Assembly (NCBI RefSeq): GCF_964213995.1
Contig: NC_135821.1
Coordinates: forward strand, 4,712,001-4,776,000
Length of the DNA: 64,000 nt
Source of the DNA: Mustelus asterias
Taxonomy: Eukaryota
Reading direction: 5' to 3'
Shown: piece by piece, positions 29,033 to 48,718 of the stretch
Layout of the letters: each line of letters opens with the position of its first letter
Numbering within the stretch: position 1 is the stretch's first letter
Notes under the pieces: generated by a model
Seen by the model: the letters and a program-made list of their open reading frames with translations, nothing else
What the model was told of the DNA's origin: nothing
The model's database searches: none
Position numbers and translations under genes: made by a program

Positions 29033-32000
29033 TCAGTTGAGGGTGAGCCTGTCAAACAGGTACTCTCCCATGCCATTCTCAGGGGCTCCCAGTCTCTTCA
29101 GGTTGGTGATGTGATCTCCAAGCTTCTTGATCATCTTCACTTGTTCATCCAAGCAGTGAGTCTCCAGGAAGTCACACAGCTAGGAACAGGAAGACAAATC
29201 AGTGAGTTCTATTATCCAGATGAAGTATCCCTTCTCCCACCATCTGCACATCATGGGATGCCAAGGAGCAATTTAGTATGGCCAATCCACCTAACCCACA
29301 CATCTTTGGACTGTGGGAGGAAACCCATGAGGCAACAGTGCTAACCTCTGCCACATTACATGGCTACTGTGTAGATTTAACCTGAATCACCCACAAAGTG
29401 GCAAGTCACAATTCCATTAAACTGGGAGTGAATGGATCAGGAAACATTGCTGCCTCAGAATGGATCCGTTTAGTGATCAGGTTCAGTGTAGGTGGGTTTG
29501 TTCTGCAAAGGTCACAAGTGAGGAACAAAGCAATGGAATGTCACAGGGGGAATTGTAGATTCCAATATCTCCTCAACACCACTGGAAAACCCATTACACA
29601 ACTTACATGAGGGTCGGTGTTCCCAGAGGAGAGTTTGTGCAGAACCAGCAGACTCTGGTTCACATTCTTCTCCATCTGCAGAGCTCTCTGCATGGCCTCC
29701 AGACCATTGCTCCACTCATCCTGCTCTGGCTTCTGAAAGAGGGGAAAAAGCTTCATTATTCTATTGGGGAGGGGAAGGTGACAATTTAGGAGCAATTAGT
29801 CCATGGAGCAGCATGCTGAGGATTAGAATCACTGGGATGACATTGGAGACCATTACTGGACAAAGATCAGCTCATTAACACTGCTATTTAGTTACAACAT
29901 CCCCAATTTGCTCAAGTTCCTCAGAACAGGAATTTACCCATCAATGTTTATACCTTTACCCCTCATTCACCACCAGTTGCCTGTGCCAGCACCAGAATGT
30001 GTTAATAGACCAGAAGATAGTTCCTCTTCTATTTATTTGATCAGCTGATCTAAAGATCCACATCACACCAACTTGTCTTGTACCCATCCTCACTTTGCAC
30101 TAACATTAGCTCATAAAGATTTAAAGTGAGAAGAAACTTGTTCAGAAATCTAAATTGCATCTTAGAAGATTCTCCCAAGAGAAAGATCCAACCTTGACAT
30201 CCTCCAGGATGACTCTGCCTCCACGTTTATTCTGGAATTCCATCAGTTTCTCAGCGTGTTCCCGTTCCTCATGTGACTGCTCCTTGACGAACTCAGCAAA
30301 GTGACTCAGGGCAACATCATCCCGGTCAAAGTAAGCAGACTGCAGGGAGAGACAAAAGAAAGAGTCAGGTTTGAACCAAGGAAAAAAGCAGCTTGACAGT
30401 CGATAACTCATCCTTTTTGACCTCAATAGCTGGCCTTTAATTAAGGGACTGAGTATGTCCTAGAATGTCAAATATCAATGTTTCTCATTATGTTGACAGC
30501 CCAGCCCTGGAAAAACCAAGAGCAATAATGCTTTTTGCATTGTTTAATCAACATAATTTATGATGGAGAAAATAGAAGGAGTGCAGCAGAGGTTTACCAG
30601 ACTGATTCCTGGACTGGCAGGTCTGTCATACAAGGAGAGACTAAGTCATTTAGTATTATACTCACTGGAGTTAGAGTGAGGGGGGATCCCAAATGTATAA
30701 AATTCCAACAGGATTAGAAATCATAGAAACCCTACAGTGCAGAAAGAGGCCATTTGGCCCATAGAGTCTGCACCGACCACAATCCCACCCAGGCCCTACC
30801 CCCATATCCTTACATATTTTACCCACTAATCCACACATCCCAGGACACTAAGGGGCAATTTTAGCATGGCCAATCAACCTAACCCGCACATCTTTGGACT
30901 GTGGGAGGAAACCAGAGCACCCGGAGGAAACCCACGCAGACACGAGGAGAATGTGCAAACTCCACACAGACAGTGACCCAAGCCGGGAATCGAACCCAGG
31001 TCCCTAGAGCTGTGAAGCAGCAGTGCTAACCACTGTGCTACCCAGGGTAGATTCAGAAAGAACTTGCCAATGATGTGCTGCCCAGAACTAGAGATGATAG
31101 TTTGAAGACAAGGGATAGACCTTCTAGAAAAAGGAGGTAAAGAGAAATTTCTTCATCCAGAGGGTGGTGAATGTGTGGAATTCACTACCACTGAAAGTAG
31201 TTGGGGCCAAAACATTGAGAGATCAAGAAGAAATTAGATATAGCTTTTGGGGCTAAGGGTAGGGAAGGTGGGATCAGGATATTGAATTTGATGATCTTGT
31301 AAAATTGATGAGGAGGCCAAAATATGGAGAGATTTGAAGACATTAGTACTTGAAGCTAATACGATGTTGGGTGGATTGGGACAAGATCTGGATATTATGA
31401 GCCATGATTAAAAATGAACAGAATAGGTTCAAAGGCCTGCTTGTAGCTCATGTTTCTATCAATTAAGGGAGAGAAAAATCCTTCAATCAGTAACTAGATC
31501 AACATTTCAGGTAGGAAAGAGTTCAGCACATCAGGATTTACTCACTGAGGGAAGATGATAAACTGAGCACAACTAGTCAGCTAATATTTCACTAACCAGC
31601 CACCCAATTACATTGCTACCCTCTAATTGGGAAGGTCAAGTAGGTCCCTAGAACACCCACCACAGGAATTGCAGCAGGCAAAGGCAGAGCATGGGAAGGT
31701 CCATTGGCCTCAGGCAGGATTTTACAGTTTCAGGACAAGCAAGGACATTAAATCCCATCCATCATCTTTCTACTGGAAACCCCATGGAACCCTGGATAAA
31801 AGCAAGTTGCTGGAATCTGAAACCCAAAGAGGAAATGGTGGATAATCTCAGCAGGTCTGGCAGCATCTGTAAGGAGAGAAAAGAGCTGACGTTTCAAGTC
31901 CGGATGACCCTTTGTCAAAGCTCAACATTTCATCAGCTATGACGAAGGATCATCTGGACTCAAAACATCAACTCCTCTCCTTACAGATGCTGCCTGACCT

Positions 32001-32350
32001 GCTGAGATTTTCCAGCATTTACTCTTTTGGCCTGGAAACCTGGAGTTAGTTTTAGAGCTAAACTCCAAACTGGACACAGCAATTCTAAAACAGGAACAAG
32101 CTCCTGTTGGGAGTGTTGACTCTATTCAGTCTGGGGGAGGGAGATATCTAAAACCAACTCATCAACCTAGAGGCATTCTACCTGCTCACAATGCAACACA
32201 GTCACCGTGTTAAACTGAAACTAGGACTCCCAGAAATGTAAAGCTCACCATGGAGAGGTAAACATAGGAGGAATAGAGCTCCAGGTTGATCTGCTTGTTA
32301 ACAGCATCCTCACAGTCCTTGTGGTAGTTCTGACACACTTGGGAAGCCAT
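29033..32350 (-). CDS. Ferritin heavy-chain-like gene, copy 5 (173 aa; F52V, D113V, Y134C)
   Basis: Exons 32350-32249, 30339-30193, 29732-29607, 29179-29033. Open frame. AATAAA at 28955-28950. Confidence 0.94.
30715..31043 (-). mobile_element. V-domain SINE in intron 1 of copy 5
   Basis: Near-consensus copy of the 20639-20990 family. Confidence 0.85.
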
Positions 32351-32556
32351 CTCACTGAGGATAAGAGTCACACAACAACAAGCTGACCTCTGCCCTCACA
32401 AGCTCTTGTATTTATACCACTGGGACATCCTGCATTCAAAATGGGAATGACATCACCAATGATGATTGACAATCCCTGACAACCAATCAGGACTCTGTTG
32501 TGAATCCCAGGCACCAATGAAAGAGGGAGTGGGGTGTGTTACCCAGAGCCAATCAA
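32351..32556 (-). promoter_or_regulatory. Proximal promoter of copy 5 (TATAAA 32416-32411)
   Basis: Conserved block; its distal part is essentially identical to that of copies 6 and 7. Confidence 0.68.
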
Positions 32557-33329
32557 TTCTGTGGGATACAGACAGGTTCAGGTGTTTTTTCTGGGATTGG
32601 AAAATTGGAAGTGGAGGAGGCCATTCAGCCCCTCCATCCTGTTCCACCATTGAATTTGATCATGGCTGATCATGAGTTTCACTCTATGAATCTGCCTTGA
32701 TTCCACATCCCTTCATAACCTGAGCTAACAAATAGCTCGCTAGCTCAGTTTGGAAAAGTTTGTATAACTCTCACCATTGTCGGGGTGAGACTTCCCGATT
32801 TCCATCTTCAGTGTGAAGCAGCGCTTCTTAACAACCTCCCTGAACAGTCCATCTCCCGTCTGAAGACTCTGCTGCCCCTGTCCCGGACTATCCCACACCA
32901 GGAAATAGTTTCTCTCCATCTACCCTTTAGTTATCCTCCTAGACCCAGGTGGGACATAAGGCTGCAACAATGTTCCTCCATCAGTCCCTGTCTTGTGCTG
33001 TGGCTTGGGCCTCACCCCATGTAAGCCCCATGTCTTCCAGTCCAGTCATATCTGCCCAATCAGATCGATTCATCATGTCATCATAGTAGTGTAATTGATA
33101 TGAATATCTGGGATTAAGAATCTACTGATGACCACGAAACCATTGTCAATTGTCGGAAAATCCCATCAGGTTCACTAATGTCACTTTGGGGAAGGAAATC
33201 TGCCGTCCTTACCCAGTCTGGCCTACATGTGACTCCAGAGGCACAATGTGGTTGACTCTTAAAATGGCCTCAGGGATGGACAATAAACACTGGCCCAGCC
33301 AAAGACACCCACATCCCATAAGCAAATCA

Positions 33330-34039
33330 TATATATATATATATATTCATGTATTTGGGGAATGTTTAAAATTCAGCTTTATTCTACAGGCAGTCAGTGT
33401 GTCTGGCAAACATTTATCTCCGATGTTGTAAAAGCAGGAATAATTAATTACTCCTTTCTTATAGGAATTTGTTACTTTGATGGAGCTAATGGAGTTTTGT
33501 TTTCAAAGGAGGTTTTATGTGAAGCTGATTGACAGGGTCATGTGATGATGTGGTTAATGGACAGAGCTGTGTCTATAGCAGAGAAAAGAAGCTTTTGCAG
33601 TTCAGAGGTGCAGTTCTAGCTGAGAATAGTTTGAATACAGGGGCTTCTGCAAGCTGCTCTGAAACTCAATTTTCTCTCTGAATGCTTCAAGACATTATCG
33701 CAAGTATATGTATAGTTGCTAATTGTATTTAAAGTGGCATTTAAGTCTGTATGAGGAATGTTGCTTTATTGGAGGTGAAACTGACTTAAACTGGAAAGCA
33801 ACATTATTTCCTTTCCTTTTTAAATATTATTAATGGTTAAACTGCTTCATTTGTTAGAGTTATATTCAAACTGTGTTACTAAATAAAGTTTGTTTCACTA
33901 TAAAAGATCCGTAATCTGTCAGTGGAATTACTCCTGGAGTGAATCATCCGATTCTCACATTTATACCAAAATAGAAACATTGTTGGGATCTAGTCAGGAG
34001 TCTGAAGGTAGCTTGAGGTTCTGATCCAGAACCCTAACA
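33330..34039 (+). mobile_element. LTR-like repeat, probable solo LTR (paralogues at about 41480-42185 and 49480-50182)
   Basis: Ends ..CCCTAACA, has an internal AATAAA, and related ends occur near 58860 and 59018; the left boundary is uncertain. Confidence 0.4.
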
Positions 34040-34489
34040 ATCATCTCAAACACGTCAATTATAGTAATCGCTTATTCTTCTGTACTCGAGAGAATGCACG
34101 GCTGTTCTGTGCAAACTGCCTCATCATTTAACCCTCTTAACCCGAGTATCATTCTGGTGAATCCCTCACTCCAAAGCCAATATATCAGAACTAAATGCAG
34201 TGATCCACAGGTGCTCAAACTCATACTTTATACACTGTAGCTGAACCTTAACCCCTCAGTATTCCAGACTGATTGGGATGAAGATTAAAATTCTATTTGT
34301 CTTTTCAATTCATTAGTGTGTCTGTGCAATAGTTTTTGTCATTTCCGAGATGGACCCATAATTCCCTCTGCTTCGTCACAGTTCCCCACATTGTTCAGCA
34401 AACACTTTGATTGGTGTTCCCTGCTCCAAAGTGGATGATCTCGCTCTTCCTTGTACTGAACTCTTGGTGTTGCTCTCCTCACCCATATA

Positions 34490-35120
34490 CAGCAAGACCC
34501 AGAGAACATTCTGGCTTAGGATGAAGAGCAGCGAATAACATTGGTGCCACACAAGTGCCAGGCAATGGCCATCTCCAACAAGAGAGAATCTAACCATCGC
34601 CCCTTGACGCTCTGTGGCATTACCATCAGTGAATTCCCCCCACTATCAACTTTCTAGGGGGTCACCATTGAAGAAAAACTGAATAGGCCTATCCATATAA
34701 ATACTGTGGCTACAGGAGCAGGTCAGAGGCTGGGAATCCTGCAACAAGTAACTCATCTCCTGTTTCCCAAAGCCTGTCCACCAAACACAAGTCAGGAGTG
34801 TGATGGAACTCTCTCCATTTGTCTGGATGGGTGCAGCTCCAACAACTCACAAGAAGCTCAACAGAATCCAGGACAAAGCTACCGGTTTGATTAGCATCTT
34901 ATCCATCACCTTCATGATTCACTTCCTCTACCACCACCGTACACAGTGACAGCCGTGTGTACCCCCTGCAAGATGCACAGCCCAAACACAGAGGCTCCTT
35001 TGACAACACCTTCGAAGCCCCCAACCTCTACCACCTAGAAGGACAGCAGCCACATGGGAAACACCAGCAAACTGCAAGTTCCCCTCCAAGCCGCACACCA
35101 TCCTAACTTGGAATTGTATC
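34490..35120 (+). mobile_element. Degenerate CR1/L2-group LINE RT fragment (related at about 50620-51500 and 59795-60335)
   Basis: Remnants of KCQAMxISNKRE, AGQRLGIL and QVRSVMExSPxxWMGAA. Confidence 0.65.
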
Positions 35121-35211
35121 ACCATCATCAATGGCATTTATAGGTAGAATTAAAATCTGGGATTTTAAGTGAGGTTTAGTTTAATTGCCCTATTAACCCA
35201 ACTAAATGAAG

Positions 35212-35548
35212 ATGTGGAGATGCCGGTGTTTAACTGGGGTGGGCACAGTAAGAATTCTCAACACCAGGTTAAAGTCCAACAGGTTTATTTGGAATCGGAA
35301 GCTTTGTGAGCGCTGCTCCTTCATCAGGTGAGTGGAGAGGTGGGTTCACAAACTCAGCATATATAAACAGAGACACAATTGCAAGATAATGGCAGCCATC
35401 TTCTTGCTATTGTGACTTTATTGAGATATGCCATGTTTGTGAATCCACTTCTCCTTTCACCTGATGAAGGGGCAGCGCTCCAAAAGCTCCGGATTACAAA
35501 TAAACCTGTTGGACTTTAACCTGCCGTTGAGAGACTTCTTACTGTGCC
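35212..35548. mobile_element. About 310-bp palindrome of two inverted Penelope-like terminal repeats
   Basis: Arms 35242-35392 and 35395-35548 are imperfect reverse complements; each holds CACCTGATGAAGG.GCAGCGCTC with a mutated GAAA. Confidence 0.72.
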
Positions 35549-35596
35549 AGCTATGTGTAAGCTAATGCCATTGCCCCAACTAAGCATCTAAAATTT

Positions 35597-35765
35597 GCAG
35601 AACATCACAGGGGCTGGGGTGTTTTATCAACCCTTTTTCAATCACATTTGAGCTTGATATTTTAAGTTTCTTTTCTAATTTGTGTTTTGTTCCTTTTGTT
35701 TTCAAGTAAAGGGGCTGTCCTCTTTTAATTGGATTTACTTAATTAGTTAGCCAAAAAAAGATTGG
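35597..35765 (+). mobile_element. Short Tx1/L1-clade 3' end
   Basis: CAGGGGCTGGGGTG..AATCACATTT..CAAAAAAAGATTGG; 17-bp TSD ctaagyrtctaaaattt (35580-35596 / 35766-35782). Confidence 0.7.
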
Positions 35766-36668
35766 CTAAGTGTCTAAAATTTCCTGATGAATGCAGCTGC
35801 CGCAACAAAGCTCCAATCATTTCCAGGCTCGGAGGAGCAATGGAGATCCAGCAGGAATTGGGAAGGACAATTCCCATTTGGAATGAATGCACAACAAAAT
35901 TCACTGCAAACACTGGGCGAGTTTTATAAATGGATGCAGCTGGTTTATAACATGGAATATTCGGCTTGCTTTGTATCGATTCTTATTTTCAGCCCTTCTA
36001 CAGCGAGCGATTTTGCCCAACCACAGTTTGAGAAACACTGACACATTAGTCTTCACAGAATCCCACATTCCCCTCCCTGAAGTCCAATATGACCTAAACC
36101 TAGTTGTAATTCCCTTCCATGCCCAGTGTGTAGGGACCAGAACCCAGGTTTGTGGCTGTTCTGTTCAGAATGTTGAAAGGTGTAGCTACAGAGCAGCTTC
36201 ACATCTCTTTCCTTCCCCACCACCATTCATGGCATTTCATTAATAATTCCATGGACACATCTGGATTGGACATTGAGACAAATTGCATTGAAAAATTCAT
36301 TCAGAGCAGCTACTGGCTGGAAAGGTTTGAGAGCTGCCCATGGTGTAGAAGGCAGAGAATATTCATGACCATCAGATACTGAGCCAGTGAGCTGACAATT
36401 TAAGAGGGTCTCAGCACTGGTGTCAAATTGAGTAGTGCAAAGGCACTAGATAAATGCACAAAGGACAGACACCGTCAACAATACATCTGGTCCATTAGTG
36501 TTAAAATCAGACTGTGTTACTCTGCACAAGAATATGCCATTTAAAACACAAGACAATATTCACTCCATTATGAACAGTTTTATTTATAGTTTGTTCATTC
36601 CCACAATGCATGGCAGGTCCAAAGATCTGAATTATACAAATACAACAGCTTTATCCCCTGCACTCAGT

Positions 36669-40238
<3,570 letters not shown>

Positions 40239-40444
40239 CTCACTGAGGATAAGAGTCACACAACAACAAGCTGACCTCTGCCCTCACAAGCTCTTGTATT
40301 TATACCACTGGGACATCCTGCATTCAAACTGGGAATGACATCACCAATGATGATTGACAACCCCTGACAACCAATCAGGACTCTGTTGTGAATCCCAGGC
40401 ACCAATGAAAGAGGGAGTGGGGTGTGTTACCCAGAGCCAATCAA
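40239..40444 (-). promoter_or_regulatory. Proximal promoter of copy 6 (TATAAA 40304-40299)
   Basis: Conserved TATA/TGACATCA/CCAAT block. Confidence 0.68.
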
Positions 40445-40897
40445 TTCTGTGGGATACAGACAGGTTCAGGTGTTTTTTCTGGGATTGGAAAATTGGAAGT
40501 GGAGGAGGCCATTCAGTCCCTCCATCCTGTTCCACCATTGAATTTGATCATTGCTGATCATGAGTTTCACTCTATGAATCTGCCTTGATTCCACATCCCT
40601 TCATAACCTGAGCTAACAAATAGCTCGCTAGCTCAGTTTGGAAAAGTTTGAATAACTCTCAACATTTTCAGGGTGAGACTTCCCGATTTCCATCTTCAGT
40701 GTGAAGCAGCGCTTCTTAACAACCTCCCTGAACAGTCCCGCTCCAGTCTGAAGACTCTGCTGCCCCTGTCCCGGACTATCCCACACCAGGAAATAGTTTC
40801 TCTCCATCCATCCTCTAGTTATCCTCCTAGACCCCGGTGGGACAGAAGTCTGCAACGATGTTCCTCCATTAGCCTCTAGCTTGGGCCTCACCCCATG

Positions 40898-41480
40898 TAT
40901 GTGGAGTCTCCACGTTCTCCCCGTGTCTGCGTGGGTTTCCTCCGGATGCTCCGATTTCCTCACAGTCCAACCATGTGCAGGTTAGTTGGATTGGCCAGGT
41001 TAAACTGACTATTAGTGTCAGGGGGATCAGCAGAGTAAATGCACGGGGTTATGGGGATAGGGCTTGAATTGGGCTGTTGTTGGTGCAGACTCAATGGGCC
41101 AAATGGCCTCTTTCTGCACTGTCGGGATTCAATGATTCTAAGCAAGCCCCATGTCTTCCAGTTTAGTTAAATCTACCCCATAAAATCTATTAATCATGTC
41201 ACCACATCAGTGCAATTGATATATATAAATATATATTCACTGTCTGTGTGGAGTCTGCACGTTCTCCCAGCCTCTGTGTGGGTTTCCTCCGGGTGCTCCA
41301 GTTTCCTCCCACAGTCCAAAGATGTGCAGGTTATGCTGATTGACCACGCTAAAATTACCCTCGTGTCGGGGGATTAGCAGGGTAAATATGTGGGGTTGCG
41401 GGAATAGGGCCTGGGTGGGATTGTGGTTGATGCAGCCTTGATGGGCTGAATGACCTCCTTCTGCACTGCAGGGATTCTAT
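40898..41480 (+). mobile_element. Two 5'-truncated V-domain SINEs (about 40898-41140 and 41237-41480)
   Basis: V-domain plus CR1-like tail, without the tRNA head. Confidence 0.72.
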
Positions 41481-43092
41481 GTTATATTTATGTTTAAGGG
41501 GAATGTTTAAAATTCATCTTTATTCTGCAGGCAGTCAGTGTGTCTGGAAAACATTTAGCTCAGATGTTGTAAAAGCAGGACGATTACTCCTTTCACATAG
41601 GAATTTCTTATTTTGAGAGAGGCAAAAGACTTTAGTTTACACAGAAAATTCTTTGGGAAGTTAATTGACAGGGTCATGTGATGATGTGGTTAATGGGCAG
41701 AGTTGGGTCTGTATTCGGGAGAAGAAGTTTTGCAGTTTCGATTTTCATTTCTAGCTGGGAACTGTTTGAAGACAAAGGCTTCTGCAAGCTGATCTGAAAC
41801 TCAGTTTTCTCTCTGAATGCTTCAGGAATGTTTGCACTTATTATAGCAAGTATATGTATGGTTGCTAACTGTATCTAAAGTGGCATTTAAGTCTGTAAGA
41901 GGAATGTTGCTTATTTGGAACGGAAACAGTGATAAGCTAAAAACTAACGATGCATCCTTTCATTTTTAAATATTATTAATGGTTAAATTGCTTCATTTGT
42001 TAGAGTTATATTTAAATTCTGTTATTAAATAAAGTATGTTTTACTATGAAAGATCCCTAATTTGTCAGTGGAATTACTCCTGGAGTGAATCATCCTATCC
42101 TCACATTTATACCAAAATAGAAACATGGTTGGGATCTAGTCAGGAGTCTGAAGGTAGCTTGAGGTTCTGATCCAGAACCCTAACAATCATCTCAAACACA
42201 TCAATTATAGTCATCGCTTATTCTTCTGTACTTGAGAGAATGCACGGCTGTTCTGTGCAAACTGCCTCATCATTTAACCCTCTTAACCCGAGTATCATTC
42301 TGGTGAAGTCCTCACTTCAAAGCCAATATATCAGAACTAAATGCAGTGGTTCACAAGCGCTCAAACTCATACTTTATACACTCCAGCTGAACCTTAACCC
42401 CTCAGTATTCCAGACTGATTGGGGTGAAGATTAAAATTCTATTTGTCTTTTCAATTTATTAGTGTGTCTGTGCAATAGTTTTTGTCATTTCCGAGATGGA
42501 TCCATAATTCCCTCTGCTCCGTCACTGTTCCCCACATTGTTCAGCAAACACTTTGATTGGTGTTCCCTGCTCCAAAGTGGATGATCTCGCTCTTCCTTGT
42601 ACTGAACTCTTGGTGTTGCACTCCTCACCCATATACAGCAAGACCCAGAGAACATTCTAGCGTAGGTTGAAAAGCAGCAAGTTAACTCTTGTTTCGACTG
42701 GGCAGATGGTGGAGGGAGTGATTCATATCACCCCACAGTCCCAAGCCTCTTGGGAGAGATGCCACCAATGGGCACAGTTCCAGGATGCGGTGAATGTCTT
42801 GTGGTCACAAAGGGCTTTGTCCAAGCACATGGACACTCCATGGCCACCCAGCTGGACAGCAGACACTTTGACAAAGGCCTATGGTTACTGGTTCAGAGGG
42901 AACTATTGGGAGATTCTTTCCACATGCTTGGAATTCCATATCACAACCTGGAGTGAAGTAGGGATGATGATGAAATGCTCACAGAGAGGAATAATCCATT
43001 CCCCTTTCTGGAAACTTGATGTACAAAGACATTAACATGACTGGGATTCTATAACTGAAGATTAATTTCATTATTGACATTCCCAACTAAGA

Positions 43093-44052
43093 GAACAAGA
43101 GAACAAAGAACAGTACAGCACAGGAAACAGGCCCTTCGGCCCTCCAAGCCTGTGCCGCTCCTTGGTCCAACTAGACCAATCGTTTGTATCCCTCCATTCC
43201 CAGGCTGCTCATGTGACTATCCAGGTAAGTCTTAAACGATGTCAGCGTGCCTGCCTCCACCACCCTACTTGGCAGCGCATTCCAGGCCCCCACCACCCTC
43301 TGTGTAAAAAACATCCCTCTAATATCTGAGTTATACTTCGCCCCTCTCACCTTGAGCCCGTGACCCCTCGTGAACGTCACTTCTGATCTGGGAAAAAGCT
43401 TCCCACCGTTCACCCTATCTATCCCCTTCATAATCTTGTACACCTCTATTAGATCTCCCCTCATTCTCCGTCTTTCCAGGGAGAACAACCCCAGTTTGCC
43501 CAATCTCTCCTCATAGCTAAGACCCTCCATACCAGGCAACATCCTGGTAAACCTTCTCTGCACTCTCTCTAACGCCTCCACGTCCTTCTGGTAGTGCGGC
43601 AACCAGAACTGGACGCAGTACTCCAAATGTGGCCTAACCAGCATTCTATACAGCTGCATCATCAGACTCCAGCTTTTATACTCTGTACCCCGTCCTATAA
43701 AGGCAAGCATACCATATGCCTTCTTCACCACCTTCTCCACCTGTGTTGCCACCTTCAAGGATTTGTGGACTTGCACACCTAGGTCCCTCTGTGTTTCTAT
43801 ACTCCTGATGACTCTGCCATTTATTGTATAACTCCTCCCTACATTATTTCTTCCAAAATGCATCACTTCGCATTTATCCGGATTAAACTCCATCTGCCAC
43901 CTCTCCGCCCAATTTTCCAGCCTATCTATATCCTGCTGTATTGCCCGACAATGCTCTTCGCTATCCGCAATTCCAGCCATCTTCGTGTCATCCGCAAACT
44001 TGCTGATTACACCAGTTACACCTTCTTCCAAATCATTTATATATATCACAAA
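43093..44052 (-). mobile_element. CR1 3' portion with an open RT C-terminal frame
   Basis: [29 protein letters not shown]..; (TTCTTTG)-type tail; 'taaga' duplication (43088-43092 / 44053-44057). Confidence 0.93.
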
Positions 44053-44191
44053 TAAGATTCTAAAATTTCCTGATGAATGCGGCTGTAGCAACAAAGCTCC
44101 AATCTTTTTCAGCCTTGGAGGAAGCAATGGAAATCGAGTAGGATTTGGGAATGACAATTCTGAATGAATGTACAAGATTAAACAGAAATAG

Positions 44192-44440
44192 GGTGGCACA
44201 GTGGTTAGCAGTGCTGCCGTGCTGATTCCCAGCTGCGGGTCATTGTGTGGAGTTTCCATGCGTTTCCTCCAGGTGCTCTGCTTTCCTCCCACAGTCCAAA
44301 AGATGCGCAGGTTAGATGCATTGGCTGTGCTAAATTCTTCCTTGGTGCCCGAACAGGTGCCAGAATGTCACAACTCAGGGATTTGCACAGTAACTTCCTT
44401 GCACTCTGAATGCAAGTCTACTTGTGACACTAATAAGCTT
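44192..44440 (+). mobile_element. Degenerate V-domain SINE
   Basis: GGTGGCACAGTGGTTAGCAGTGCTGCC head and a partial V-domain. Confidence 0.68.
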
Positions 44441-45223
44441 TAAAAACAGTTTTATGTCTTGATGCAGCAGGTGGCGATAGTCAGCTTGCTTTGTATTGAC
44501 TGTTAGCTTCAGCCCTTTGAGAGGATTGCATTTTGCTTCACTACAGTTTGAAACCTTCTTACACAAAGGAATCAATCTTCAACAAAGGAATCCCCACCAT
44601 TCCCTCGGAGGCCAGTAAGTTTGACTTGTCAGGCAATATTGACCAAATTCCCATTAGTACCAGGAGTGCAGGGACCTCCCAGAACTCTGGCTTCTAAAGC
44701 TCAGCAGCGTGTGGATAGGATAGGGTCAATTTAGATCTCTATCATTCCCCCCCACCCCAATATGTTTGACTTATAATTCCAGGGACATAAGCCTGGATTT
44801 GATTCTTGGAAACAATGGCACTAAGGAACTTCATTTCACAGCAGCTAATGGTTTGGAAGGTGCCATTGGTGCAAAAGGCAGAGAGAATATTTAACACCTA
44901 TAGATCCTGAGTGAGCCAGCTAGGCTCAGATCTGACAATTACGAGGCAACTTAGCACTGGTCTCTAAATGTTGTCAAAGTTGGTTGGGCAAAGGTACTCG
45001 ATAAATGCACAAAGGACAGAGTTAGAGAGTCAGTGATGCAGCTGGTCCATTGGTGTTAAAATCAGACTGATTTACTCTGTACAACAATCTACGAACTGAA
45101 ACACAAGAGCCAAAATTCACTCCATTGTAGACAGTTTTATTTTTAGTTTGTTCATTCCCACAATGCATGGAGTCCAAAGACTTCAATTATACAAAAACAA
45201 CAACTTTATCCCCTGCACTCGGT

Positions 45224-48512
<3,289 letters not shown>

Positions 48513-48718
48513 CTCACTGAGGATAAGAGTCACACAACAACAAGCCGACCTCTACCCTCACAAGCTCTTGTATTTATACCACTGGGACATCCTGCATTCA
48601 AAATGGGAATGACATCACCAAGGTTGATTGACAACCCCTGACAACCAATCAGGACTCTGTTGTGAATCCCAGGCACCAATGAAAGAGGGAGTGGGGTGTG
48701 TTACCCAGAGCCAATCAA
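48513..48718 (-). promoter_or_regulatory. Proximal promoter of copy 7 (TATAAA 48578-48573)
   Basis: Conserved block; the first CCAAT is mutated to CCAAG. Confidence 0.68.

Noticed and set aside
40239-40259. N-terminal extension MTLILSE or a signal peptide on ferritin
   Set aside because: The ORF track started at a GTG; there is no in-frame upstream ATG or hydrophobic leader, and the true ATG has a strong Kozak context.
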